A stretch of 32,000 nucleotides of DNA from Promethearchaeota archaeon (GTDB taxonomy: Archaea; Asgardarchaeota; Lokiarchaeia; Sigyniarchaeales; SOKP01): NCBI GenBank assembly GCA_030606485.1, contig JAUWGH010000004.1:270001-302000 (forward strand). The letters run 5' to 3'. Shown here in pieces: positions 14,953-24,144 of the stretch. The position numbers were made by a program, and so were the translations under genes. How positions within the stretch are numbered: the stretch's first letter is position 1; each line of letters starts with the position of its first letter. The notes beneath the pieces were generated by a model. It saw nothing but the letters and a program-made list of their open reading frames with translations, ran no database searches and was not told the DNA's origin.

Positions 14953-16551
14953 ATAAAAATAAGGTCAAGAAAAAATTTTACAGGAGATCTTCTAGATTAC
15001 GACTGGTTAAAAAAAAAAAATACCAGGGTACGAGATTCAGATGGTCTTTTAATAGTTAAATGGTTTTTAAAAATTAAAAAACCCGATTTTAAAACTTTAA
15101 ACTTATGGATATTACAAGAGGCTGAAGAACTTAGAAAAAAGAGAGAAAAATCAAAAGATAAAATAAATAAAAATTTTGAAGAAAAAATTAAGATAAAAGA
15201 GTGGGAAAAGTTTTGTGAAAATTCTCAAATAAAAGAGGAAATTTGTAAACGTTTAAGATATGACTATAGCCCATCAGTAGAATTTGAATCAAATAAATTA
15301 AATCAATCTATAAAAATATCAAGATATGAATTAATAAAAAAAATACGAGACGAATTATCTTCGAAATATAATTATAATGATTATGACGATCTAGGATTAT
15401 ATGGGGGTTTATATTATCGAACACTTGGATTATCAAGGGCGTTAGGAGGTAATTATATTGCAGATGATGTAAAATCCCATCTTAATGTTAGAGTCATGTG
15501 GCTTTTAAAGCAATTTATTCTAAAGAATGCAATAGATACAAATACTCAAAAATATGCCTTAATTCGAGGTTTAATGCAAGATATTATACTCGCTCAATCA
15601 TGTTTAATTAGATTAAGGGCAGGATTAAATGTATTTCATGTAATATCTGTTCTTGGATGGGAAATTTTTAATTTCGATGGATTATGTCTTTACTTTGAAA
15701 CATTGACAAATACTATAATTGTAAGTATAAGATCATTTATAGATAAACTATGGAGGATGACACACAATTTTTTTTTAAATAAAGACAAAAAAATTACAGC
15801 TACAATTCAAAATGAAATACCCAACTGCAATAAATTTTCAATTACGAGTCTTGAGCGAGTTTATTCTATAATATCTACATTACATAACGTTCATAAAATT
15901 TCCCCTTATCAAAGAGATAGACATAATTTTGGATTAATGTTTGATTTTACTAATGCAGATACATTATTTCTAATTAATGAATTAAGAAACAATTATATTC
16001 ATGGTGAACCTAGTCCAAATATATCTGGCGTTATTAGACGAGATTATATTACTAGCGAGGAAACTCCTAAGAGAAGCAGTAGATATGATATATATATTTC
16101 CACAACTCCATTAATTAAAATTAAGAATTTGGATAATAGCGGATATAAAGATTTTAGAAAATTTTTAGAAAAACAAGGGTTGGATTTATCTAAGCTTGAT
16201 TATTGGGATGTTTTGGAAAAGCGTATATTATGGCGTGCTCCCCCTGAGATTCAAGATACAATCAAATTTGATCATTTTCCAGATCTTTATTCATCTTCCA
16301 TTCCTTTGGTTGTTAAAGAGATTACACATATAGAAAGAGAAGAAAAAGGAAATATGGAAGTCATACAATATTTTGAGCATGATAAAAAAATCCTAGAATG
16401 TATGATTACACAATTAAAAAGTGCAGAAATTTCTGGTTATTATAAAATTTCTCTTTATAATTTAAGTGATTGTATGTGGTCTTTGTTTGATACCTTAAAG
16501 ACATTGTTGAAAGTCTTTCTAATGAAAAAATTATATAATAAAGAATTTTGA
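14953..16551 (+). CDS. HEPN-domain protein (Cthe_2314-like); the real ORF probably extends ~180 codons upstream of the first ATG (15496)
   Basis: The frame is stop-free from 14938. It contains FETL...SIRSFIDKL and ELRNNYIH (Rx4H). The ATA at 14953 is a candidate non-canonical start. Confidence 0.6.
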   Translation: MKIRSRKNFTGDLLDYDWLKKKNTRVRDSDGLLIVKWFLKIKKPDFKTLNLWILQEAEELRKKREKSKDKINKNFEEKIKIKEWEKFCENSQIKEEICKRLRYDYSPSVEFESNKLNQSIKISRYELIKKIRDELSSKYNYNDYDDLGLYGGLYYRTLGLSRALGGNYIADDVKSHLNVRVMWLLKQFILKNAIDTNTQKYALIRGLMQDIILAQSCLIRLRAGLNVFHVISVLGWEIFNFDGLCLYFETLTNTIIVSIRSFIDKLWRMTHNFFLNKDKKITATIQNEIPNCNKFSITSLERVYSIISTLHNVHKISPYQRDRHNFGLMFDFTNADTLFLINELRNNYIHGEPSPNISGVIRRDYITSEETPKRSSRYDIYISTTPLIKIKNLDNSGYKDFRKFLEKQGLDLSKLDYWDVLEKRILWRAPPEIQDTIKFDHFPDLYSSSIPLVVKEITHIEREEKGNMEVIQYFEHDKKILECMITQLKSAEISGYYKISLYNLSDCMWSLFDTLKTLLKVFLMKKLYNKEF

Positions 16552-16695
16552 ATTTTCTCTATAAAAACCTCAATTTCTATTTTAAAAAATCATTTTTCAA
16601 ATTATAGAAAATTTCTTCAGGAAATTTTTTCAAATTATCATAAGAATTATTTAGTTTCTAGTTGTGATAGATACAAAATATTATTTGAAAAACAG

Positions 16696-16743
16696 GAAAT
16701 TCAAGGACTTTTTATAAATAAATTAAGTAAGGTGATAATGTAA
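16696..16743 (+). promoter_or_regulatory. Conserved upstream/TATA block of ATPase copy 1
   Basis: TTCAAGGACTT(TT)TATAAATAA.TTAAGTAA.G.GATAATGTAA is shared with 26615-26661. Confidence 0.55.
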
Positions 16744-16798
16744 TAAGAGGATATAATAAGGTTAAATAACAGTTAAATAAACGCAAAAAATAGGGCAT

Positions 16799-18415
16799 AT
16801 GACTAAATATAAAAAATACACTGAAATAAAAAAGAGCGAAGAATATGATATAATCGATTTACCAAGCCCTTCTAGGAGAGATTCACGAAGAGGAACGATT
16901 AAAATTGGTAAATCTTTAGTAGTAAAAAAATCATTATTATTAAAAAGGCCTCGGTATAAAAAGAAACATAAGTTTTATCTAAGTGTAGATGATCTTCACA
17001 GACATGTTTTCATTAGCGGTTTAACGGGAGTAGGAAAGACTAACTTCGTTAAGAATTTTTTGTTGGAATTTAAAAAAAAATTTGATGTAACGTTTCTTAT
17101 TGTTCAAATTAAGAATGATTTCGACTTTATTAGGGATTATTTTAAAGATCTTGAAATATTTTCTCCTGGCGAGAATTTTTCCATTGATATTTTTAATCCC
17201 GGTAAAATTGATCCCTTAATACATGCTGAAAGAATATTTGAGATGTTAAAAAATAGCAGATTAATTGATTCTTCAAGTGAGTTTTCCCCCCAAATGGAGA
17301 AAGTTCTTGTGGATGTTATAACAGAAGTCTGTAGAAGTAAAGGTCTAAAAAATTGGCAAAAATTTTACGAGATTTGTAATGAATATTTTAAGAACCATAG
17401 AAATGAGATTCCGAAATTGGACCAAACTTTTATTAGTGTAAAAAATAGAATTCGTAGGATGTCAGAAGGGCCATTAAAAAAAGCATTAAGCAATGAAAAT
17501 TTAATACCGATTGGCAAAATCTTAAATAGTAATAGTATTTTGAATTTAAGCTCAATTGTTCGCCTTGGGGGGGATAAAGAAGATGTTTATTTCTTTTTGA
17601 TGTTAGTTTTAAAGAATATTTGGGACTATAACATTTCTGCAGGCATTTCTAATAGGTTAAAGCATCTTACAATTGTCGATGATGCAACGTATTTTATGCC
17701 AAGAGAAAGTGCATCGAATGATAAGATTAGCACATATCTTGAAGATATTGCATTGCTACAGAGAGGTACGGGTGAAAGTTTGATCACTATTGCTACAAGA
17801 CCTGATATTAGCGAAAATATTTTAGCTAATTCAGGTGTAGTTATCGGTTTTGAAACACATTTTAAGAAACATAATTTTGCTGAACTATTAAATTTACCTG
17901 AAGAGAAGTATATGTATCTTTCCTTATTAGAGAAGGGACAATGTATTATTAGAACACCCTCTATTAAAATACCCTTTCTTTTAAATATTCCTTGGATTAA
18001 AGATTCTAACAAATTGAAAAAAAAAACGCCTGTGACTCCAAAATTGAGAAGAATCAATAAAAAAATTAAAATGAAACACCTTAATTTTCGACTCGATTTT
18101 ACTCGAAATTGCTTTCGTTCAGGGGACTATTCCAGTTGTTATTTTATTTGTTTAGAAATAATTGACTATATTGTTGATCAACTTGTATATCGATTAAATT
18201 ATGAATTTGGAGGTGTAGAAAAACTTGTTTTTGACATTGAACAAAACAATTTTTCGGATCGCATCAAAATTTATCCTGAGCTAAAAATAATTTCAAACAA
18301 TATTAATAATATTGAACAAAAAGAATTAATTTCTCGCAGTGACATTTTAGAATTATTTGAACAAATTTGCAGTATCTTCAGTAAATATAATTATGTTATA
18401 TTTAACACTCTTTAA
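16799..18415 (+). CDS. HerA/FtsK-superfamily (DUF87-like) ATPase, copy 1
   Basis: Walker A HVFISGLTGVGKT and Walker B LTIVDD (deviant DDAT). Ends in a ~110-aa helical C-terminal domain. Confidence 0.75.
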   Translation: MTKYKKYTEIKKSEEYDIIDLPSPSRRDSRRGTIKIGKSLVVKKSLLLKRPRYKKKHKFYLSVDDLHRHVFISGLTGVGKTNFVKNFLLEFKKKFDVTFLIVQIKNDFDFIRDYFKDLEIFSPGENFSIDIFNPGKIDPLIHAERIFEMLKNSRLIDSSSEFSPQMEKVLVDVITEVCRSKGLKNWQKFYEICNEYFKNHRNEIPKLDQTFISVKNRIRRMSEGPLKKALSNENLIPIGKILNSNSILNLSSIVRLGGDKEDVYFFLMLVLKNIWDYNISAGISNRLKHLTIVDDATYFMPRESASNDKISTYLEDIALLQRGTGESLITIATRPDISENILANSGVVIGFETHFKKHNFAELLNLPEEKYMYLSLLEKGQCIIRTPSIKIPFLLNIPWIKDSNKLKKKTPVTPKLRRINKKIKMKHLNFRLDFTRNCFRSGDYSSCYFICLEIIDYIVDQLVYRLNYEFGGVEKLVFDIEQNNFSDRIKIYPELKIISNNINNIEQKELISRSDILELFEQICSIFSKYNYVIFNTL

Positions 18416-18572
18416 AATCTAATTATTTTTATAAAGATTAGAATCATTCGGCGTCCTTCAAACTTGAGTTATTTTTTGAATTAAAAGATATAAAAATGTA
18501 AAAAATGTTAAAATACTATTTAATAAAAATTTCAAAATACAAATAAACAACAAGATTTAGGGTTATAGAAAT

Positions 18573-18632
18573 ATGAGAAAACAAGTAATTGGGGGATATT
18601 GGAAGATTTACTGGTTCAGTTCTATTATATAA
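18573..18632 (+). pseudogene. tpiA: 5' stub of a triosephosphate isomerase gene
   Basis: MRKQVIGGYWK versus MRKQVIGGNWK of tpiA at 25598; 29/35 nt identical. Homology is then lost and a stop follows at codon 20. Confidence 0.75.
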
Positions 18633-18724
18633 GGTTACTAGGGGTTCGAAAATTTATAAGCTTGTGTTGTTTCCCTAGTATTTATTAATTTTGAAAAGTA
18701 TAGTAAAAAAACTCTCAGACAATC

Positions 18725-19813
18725 TTAATTTATTTTTTTATTTGTTGATCTTAAACGTCGAATAGTTATATTATTTATTGTTAATGATAATGTTTTTTGC
18801 CTTTCTATCCGTTCTTTAATTCTGGAATCATTTGATTCAATTTCTTTTTTAATAAAATGGTTTTGAAATTCAAGAGTTTGAATTTTTATTGCCTTTAAAA
18901 ATTCCCATCCTACAAAATTCATTTGACTCTGTGGTATCCACAAATCTACTTTTTTGGAAGCGTATACTTTTAAATACCCATTATGGTAAAAAAAGATTTT
19001 CCCAATTCCAATCCCTAATGAATTTAGATGGAATATATTCCTAATATAAGGTTTATCAAACAAATCTGGTCTATAATTAAATAACGAATTTAAACCAAAA
19101 ATGATTGGTTGATAAATCTCAGTACAATTCCTATCGAAGTCTATATCAATTAATGGGTAGGAAATTGCTTCACTTCCCTTTTCAAATAAAAACCCTGATT
19201 GTTGATCTGGAAATAACAATGTTTTCGAAGGATAAGGTATTCCCATACCTCTAGATAACAAAAAATAACTTGAAATATTAATAAATGCAAAATTATTCAC
19301 ACTTAAGGCAAAGTAAGTCGGTAAAAATTGAAAAGCGGGCATTTCAGTTCCCATTATATGTAATCGATTCGACCGTTTTAAACTTCTAAAAATCAACAAT
19401 AATCGATCTTTTATGTTAATACCTTGATTTATATAAAAATTTGGATTTATACCAAAAAAGTTCTTATACATATAGATACTTGCAAGCCAAAGACCGATTC
19501 TAATTTTATCAAACCAACTCAATAATACATAAAAATCAGTCGAGCTTAATTTATTTTCTGACAGTAAATTTTCTATTATATTCTTTGCTATTGATTCTAA
19601 ACGTGAATATCTATTATTACATTCTTCACATGAAGGAAATACGAACTTATCAAAACTGAATGATTTATTTATTAACCTCCCATCTTCATAAAATGGTCCA
19701 AAAATTGCCTCACGATTCGGATCTCCAGTTAATTAAATTAACCATCTTGGAATAACGTGTTCATTCGTTTTTTTTATTGGTGTTTGGCCACAAAAGATAC
19801 AAAATCTTTCCAT
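18725..19813 (-). pseudogene. HNH-type nuclease gene (362 codons) broken by one in-frame TAA at codon 27
   Basis: Hand translation MERFCIFCGQTPIKKTNEHVIPRWLI*LTGDPNREAIFG...FPSCEECNNRYSRLESIAK continues in frame into track ORF 18725..19522. TAA is at 19735-19733. Confidence 0.75.
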
Positions 19814-19819
19814 TTAATA

Positions 19820-21808
19820 TCAACTTTTTACATTTTGTCTTATTGAGGAAAAAAGCCAAGGGTCTAAACATTCTTTTATTTTATCTTTTTGCTGAGGTAA
19901 CAGATGTTTGGTAAAGCTATTAATATTATAAATATAGTTCTTATTAATTTTATTTTGAAAATTTTTAAAAAAACCTTCATCACAACTTGTTACGATTATG
20001 GGAATCTGATATTCTTTGCAATACTCTATTAAGAAATCAACGAGATTTTTTTTTATTATAGAATCAAGATGTAATTCTCCGTTTTCAATAATTAATGATA
20101 AGTTGAATCCAAGATTTTTTAAATAGATAAATAGACATAATCTAAAACTTATGTCGTATATTCTTTTTTCCATTCCGCTTAAACCTTCAAAATCAATCGA
20201 CTCTAACCTTGGAACAAGTCCTCTGCTTCCAAAATCTAAAACGCTTTCTCTTCCCGATATTTTTTCAATAAACTTGGTAAATTTCTTATTAAACTCAATA
20301 AAAAACTTAACTCGTTTATCGAGGTTATATTTATAGAGTTTTTCTTGAATTTCTTTTAATTTATCAGTGTGTTTTTTTACATCTTCTCTCTCTTGGGTTT
20401 TTATATTTATTATATCTTCATTGAAATTCGATTTTTTAACAACTAAATTTCTAAATTTTTTAATTTCAGAATTAACATTTCTTTTTTTTTCCTCTAAAAG
20501 TTCAATTTTTTTTCTAATTCTTCTACGCATATTATTGAATAATTTTTTTTTAACGTGCTCTGCTTTTAAAAACGATTCAATTCTCTTATCAATCTCTTGT
20601 AATTCTTTTTGCTTAGATTTAATTACATCCTCAATTAATTCCAACTTTTTAATTAATTCTTTCTTGTAAGTTTGAAAATTAACTATAGATTTCTTTTGTT
20701 TATTAATCACTTTCTCGCATTTAATACACTTATTCGACTTAAATAATTCATGAGCTTTTTTAGCACATACAGAACAGAGGATATCTTTAATATATTTTAT
20801 TTGCCATTCGTTTCTCCTCAAATTTTCATTTACTTTTATTAAATCATCTTGTATTATAACCTTAGATTCCCTTTTTCTGTCTATTTCTGCTGAAAGATCT
20901 CTCATGTTAGAGGTCATTCTTGAATATATTTCAAAAGAAGTGTTGTCCTCAACTAATTTATCATAATAGATGTTTCTACGAGAATATAGATACTCTAAAA
21001 TTTCATTGATTTTATTTTTTTTATTTTTTAATCCATTAATTTTATCTTGTAATTTCTTTATATCTGGAATATTTTCAATTTTTTCTTTTTCTGCAATTAA
21101 ATAATGAATAGAATCTTCTAAATTTCTTTTAATTGTGTTATCCTTTGAAATCATATCATTTATCCTTTCAATTAAAAGGTTAATAATAGGTTGTGCTAAT
21201 AATTGATTGAACAATTTAATTCTAAATTGATCACCATCTTCTCCTGAAACTTTATTTGATAAGAGAAAATTCTCTGGAGTCTCGCATAATATCATAATTT
21301 CAAAAACATTAGTAAACGTTTTAGTAGATTCAATCCCAAAAAGTTTTTTCTTTATAAAATACTCATTTTCGAAATAACTAATTTTACCCTCTGGATTAAT
21401 TCTTAATTTTGATTTACGATATTTAGATACTTCCCTGAATATATTGTAATCAACACCATCTTTTTCAGCTGTCAAATTTAATATCAAATCTCTATTTTCC
21501 GCGATATCTAAACTTTTTAGCCCTCTATCGTGTTTTCCTTTTAAAGTGAATTTTAATAAATCTACTATAATCGATTTTCCAGATGTGTTAGAGCCAATTA
21601 AAAGAGTCAATCCATTTGGATTGAATTTCAACTTTAGTTTCTGATTAAAAAGCCCATAATTTTTTATTGAAAATTCGAGAAGCTTTGGACATGTAAATTT
21701 ATCAGGTGCTCTTTTTATCACTAAGTCTGAATTGATAATATCAAGGCTGTCGTTATCATCTTTAAGTTCATTATTTAACCATTGTATTATATCATTTATT
21801 TGAGTCAT
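19820..21808 (-). CDS. Rad50/SMC-like ABC ATPase with long coiled coil and central Cys pairs (Zn-hook-like)
   Basis: Walker A GSNTSGKS, coiled coil with CSVC and CIKC, signature LSGMEK, deviant Walker B/D-loop IIENGELHLD. Confidence 0.8.
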   Translation of the reverse strand: MTQINDIIQWLNNELKDDNDSLDIINSDLVIKRAPDKFTCPKLLEFSIKNYGLFNQKLKLKFNPNGLTLLIGSNTSGKSIIVDLLKFTLKGKHDRGLKSLDIAENRDLILNLTAEKDGVDYNIFREVSKYRKSKLRINPEGKISYFENEYFIKKKLFGIESTKTFTNVFEIMILCETPENFLLSNKVSGEDGDQFRIKLFNQLLAQPIINLLIERINDMISKDNTIKRNLEDSIHYLIAEKEKIENIPDIKKLQDKINGLKNKKNKINEILEYLYSRRNIYYDKLVEDNTSFEIYSRMTSNMRDLSAEIDRKRESKVIIQDDLIKVNENLRRNEWQIKYIKDILCSVCAKKAHELFKSNKCIKCEKVINKQKKSIVNFQTYKKELIKKLELIEDVIKSKQKELQEIDKRIESFLKAEHVKKKLFNNMRRRIRKKIELLEEKKRNVNSEIKKFRNLVVKKSNFNEDIINIKTQEREDVKKHTDKLKEIQEKLYKYNLDKRVKFFIEFNKKFTKFIEKISGRESVLDFGSRGLVPRLESIDFEGLSGMEKRIYDISFRLCLFIYLKNLGFNLSLIIENGELHLDSIIKKNLVDFLIEYCKEYQIPIIVTSCDEGFFKNFQNKINKNYIYNINSFTKHLLPQQKDKIKECLDPWLFSSIRQNVKS

Positions 21809-21822
21809 AAATCATTTACCTA

Positions 21823-22269
21823 TTAATATCTTGAGAGAAGTGTATATTCCGGATATTTAGAATAAACTATATTAATTAATTCCTTAAGAGATAACCCCTC
21901 AAGGTTAGAGATTATATTTTTTATTTTATCTTGAGTTTTATTATTTAATGAATCCTTAATTTTAATAAATCCTTTATCAGTAATTGCGTAAATAATTGTT
22001 TTTTCATCTCTATCATAAAAACTATGGATAAATCCATTTTCTTCTAAGAATTTTAAATCTTCCTCTATTTCTTTTGAATATGGACCATAATGTTTAGGAT
22101 GGAAATTAAAATAAACATCAATACTCACTTCTTTTTCTAATAGAAACAGATATTTCATCAAGCGAGTTTTGCCTTTAATCTGCTTAAAGTTAAATATTAA
22201 TTGTAGGATAATATCTAACTGTTTGTTTCTAATCTTTTCCATATTTAAATCTTCTCCCTTAATTTTCAT
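21823..22269 (-). CDS. YwgA/DUF4065-like winged-helix protein
   Basis: GKTRLMKYLFLL...HYGPYSKEIEEDLKFLEENGFI...YAITDKG...IVYSKYPE. Confidence 0.65.
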   Translation of the reverse strand: MKIKGEDLNMEKIRNKQLDIILQLIFNFKQIKGKTRLMKYLFLLEKEVSIDVYFNFHPKHYGPYSKEIEEDLKFLEENGFIHSFYDRDEKTIIYAITDKGFIKIKDSLNNKTQDKIKNIISNLEGLSLKELINIVYSKYPEYTLLSRY

Positions 22270-22970
22270 TTTGTTATATTTTGAAACATTTTGAATAAAT
22301 CAGGATTATTAATTCTCAACCCTACTTCGCTATTTACTTCCCACATATTTTCATTAAAAATTATATAGATGTGATTTTTTTCTTTTCGTACATCTTTTAA
22401 AAACACAATTGATAAATTTGTATCATTTTTTTTAATAAATTTAAGTTCGGTCTTATTAAGATAATACTCTGATATCCTAGTTTTTATTATATTATCATAG
22501 ACTTCATTTTTTCCAACAAAAATGATAGACCCAGGTAAACATTTTTCTATATCTCGGCTCAATTCACCAATATCCTTAAATGTGAGTATAAAGGATACTT
22601 TATTTTTATCTTTTGCTTTTTCCCATTCAGCAATCAAGTCTGCTTTGTTGTTATCCAATAGTTCTAAATTAAATTTTGATATATCGTGAATTTCTTCAAG
22701 GATTTTATCTAAGTTAATTATGTCTAAATAGTTATCTTCTTGTAGAATTAAATCATTATTTTTTAATTGTTCAATTGGGGTACTCAAATCGTAATGTTTC
22801 CACAATTTTTCTTTAGGATAAAAAGTATTTAATTGCGAAATGAGATCTTTTCGCTTAATTTGTCGAAATTTCATAAGAACAACTAAAATTTTTGAAGAAT
22901 CTTGTGAAATATTATAATGATTTTTTAAGATTTCTCGAATACTTTCTTGTTTAGTAATTATATCGGACAT
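22266..22970 (-). CDS. TrmB-like winged-helix transcription regulator
   Basis: N-terminal wHTH (ISQDSSKILVVLMK...LKNNDLI) and C-terminal GLRINNPDLFKMF. Overlaps the next gene by 4 bp. Confidence 0.5.
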   Translation of the reverse strand: MSDIITKQESIREILKNHYNISQDSSKILVVLMKFRQIKRKDLISQLNTFYPKEKLWKHYDLSTPIEQLKNNDLILQEDNYLDIINLDKILEEIHDISKFNLELLDNNKADLIAEWEKAKDKNKVSFILTFKDIGELSRDIEKCLPGSIIFVGKNEVYDNIIKTRISEYYLNKTELKFIKKNDTNLSIVFLKDVRKEKNHIYIIFNENMWEVNSEVGLRINNPDLFKMFQNITK

Positions 22971-23256
22971 ATTAATGATTTTATCTTTTTTTCTTTTCTA
23001 TAGAATATTATAGTTAAATTTGATAATAAATATTGTTTTAAATGATTTCCAAGAAATTGAGTTCTAGATTTTTGAAATAACTAATTTGTTGATTTTCTAT
23101 CAAATTAATTTGTTATTAAAAAATTAGTTATTTATTTTAAAATCAGAAAAATGCTTATTTTTTACATCCAACTAATTCTTTTGATGAAAAAACTAGGAGA
23201 TAAGACATTTTAAGTTTAATTGTTTTCATTATATCATAAATTGGAGGTTCATTATA

Positions 23257-24144
23257 ATGTTTAACGAATCAAATGATGTTACTATAAGGGTTAGTAAGGA
23301 TTTAGAGAGAGAAGGCTATGTAGTTGCATTAAATAAGAAAAATCCCTACAAATTACCAGTCTTCCACTCTTCAGGAACTCAGAATTCGGTGCCTGATTTA
23401 TTTTTTTATATGAAGGGCTATGAAGACTTGGTCTTTAGAAAGCACAACAATTTAGGTCTTTATACTAACTTTATAGTATCTGGTTTCGTGGAATTGAAAA
23501 AAGGGGATAAATTAATCAACATATTTAGAGGAGTATCCCAACTATGCCAATATTGGAGCTATTATACTACCGATCAATGTAGATTCTTCTATAATGGGAA
23601 AGAGATTAAATATATCCAAGCTTTTTTACTCGGGACTTATTACTCATTTCAGGGAATGTTATATAGAGGAGACGAGATGCTAGAACCCCAGTCATTAACT
23701 TATATATCTGATGTCCATGATGTAGAGATTTATCCTTATACGCACGCGATACATTCTTCTCTCAGGGAAAGAAGACGCGAGAAATTGACCGAAATTAAAA
23801 CTAAAGGGTTAAAAATCTCTAAAAAGCAAGTTGATTTGGGCGTGGTTTTCGCAAAAGTTTCAAAATTTGGAGACTATATATCTGATGAGTACTGGGCGTG
23901 GCTCGGGAATCGTATGAAACCACTAAAGAAAAATGCCGAAGCTCCTTGCATTCAAGTAAAACTGAGAATAGTTTTTATAACAGATAAAGCAATTAAAGTT
24001 AATAACACGACGGAGGAATCTATTTGGATACCCAAATCGATATTAATGTGTGTTATACGGGAGGATGATATAGGCACAATAAAGAAGTTTGTTATTCCAC
24101 TATGGTTTTATTCGAAAAACCAATGGTTTTTCGGTTTAATTTGA
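23257..24144 (+). CDS. PD-(D/E)XK restriction-endonuclease-like protein
   Basis: VPDLFF...FVELKKG...GVSQLCQY pattern, plus a small C-terminal beta domain (TDKAIKV...IWIPKS). Confidence 0.6.
   Translation: MFNESNDVTIRVSKDLEREGYVVALNKKNPYKLPVFHSSGTQNSVPDLFFYMKGYEDLVFRKHNNLGLYTNFIVSGFVELKKGDKLINIFRGVSQLCQYWSYYTTDQCRFFYNGKEIKYIQAFLLGTYYSFQGMLYRGDEMLEPQSLTYISDVHDVEIYPYTHAIHSSLRERRREKLTEIKTKGLKISKKQVDLGVVFAKVSKFGDYISDEYWAWLGNRMKPLKKNAEAPCIQVKLRIVFITDKAIKVNNTTEESIWIPKSILMCVIREDDIGTIKKFVIPLWFYSKNQWFFGLI

Noticed and set aside
16799-18415. HerA-NurA repair pair or conjugative VirB4/VirD4 system
   Set aside because: No NurA, Mre11, relaxase or membrane channel genes nearby, and neither ATPase has a TM anchor.
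18636-18680. tRNA fragment (GGGGTTCGAA resembles a T-loop)
   Set aside because: No complementary T-stem 3' arm, acceptor stem or anticodon arm.
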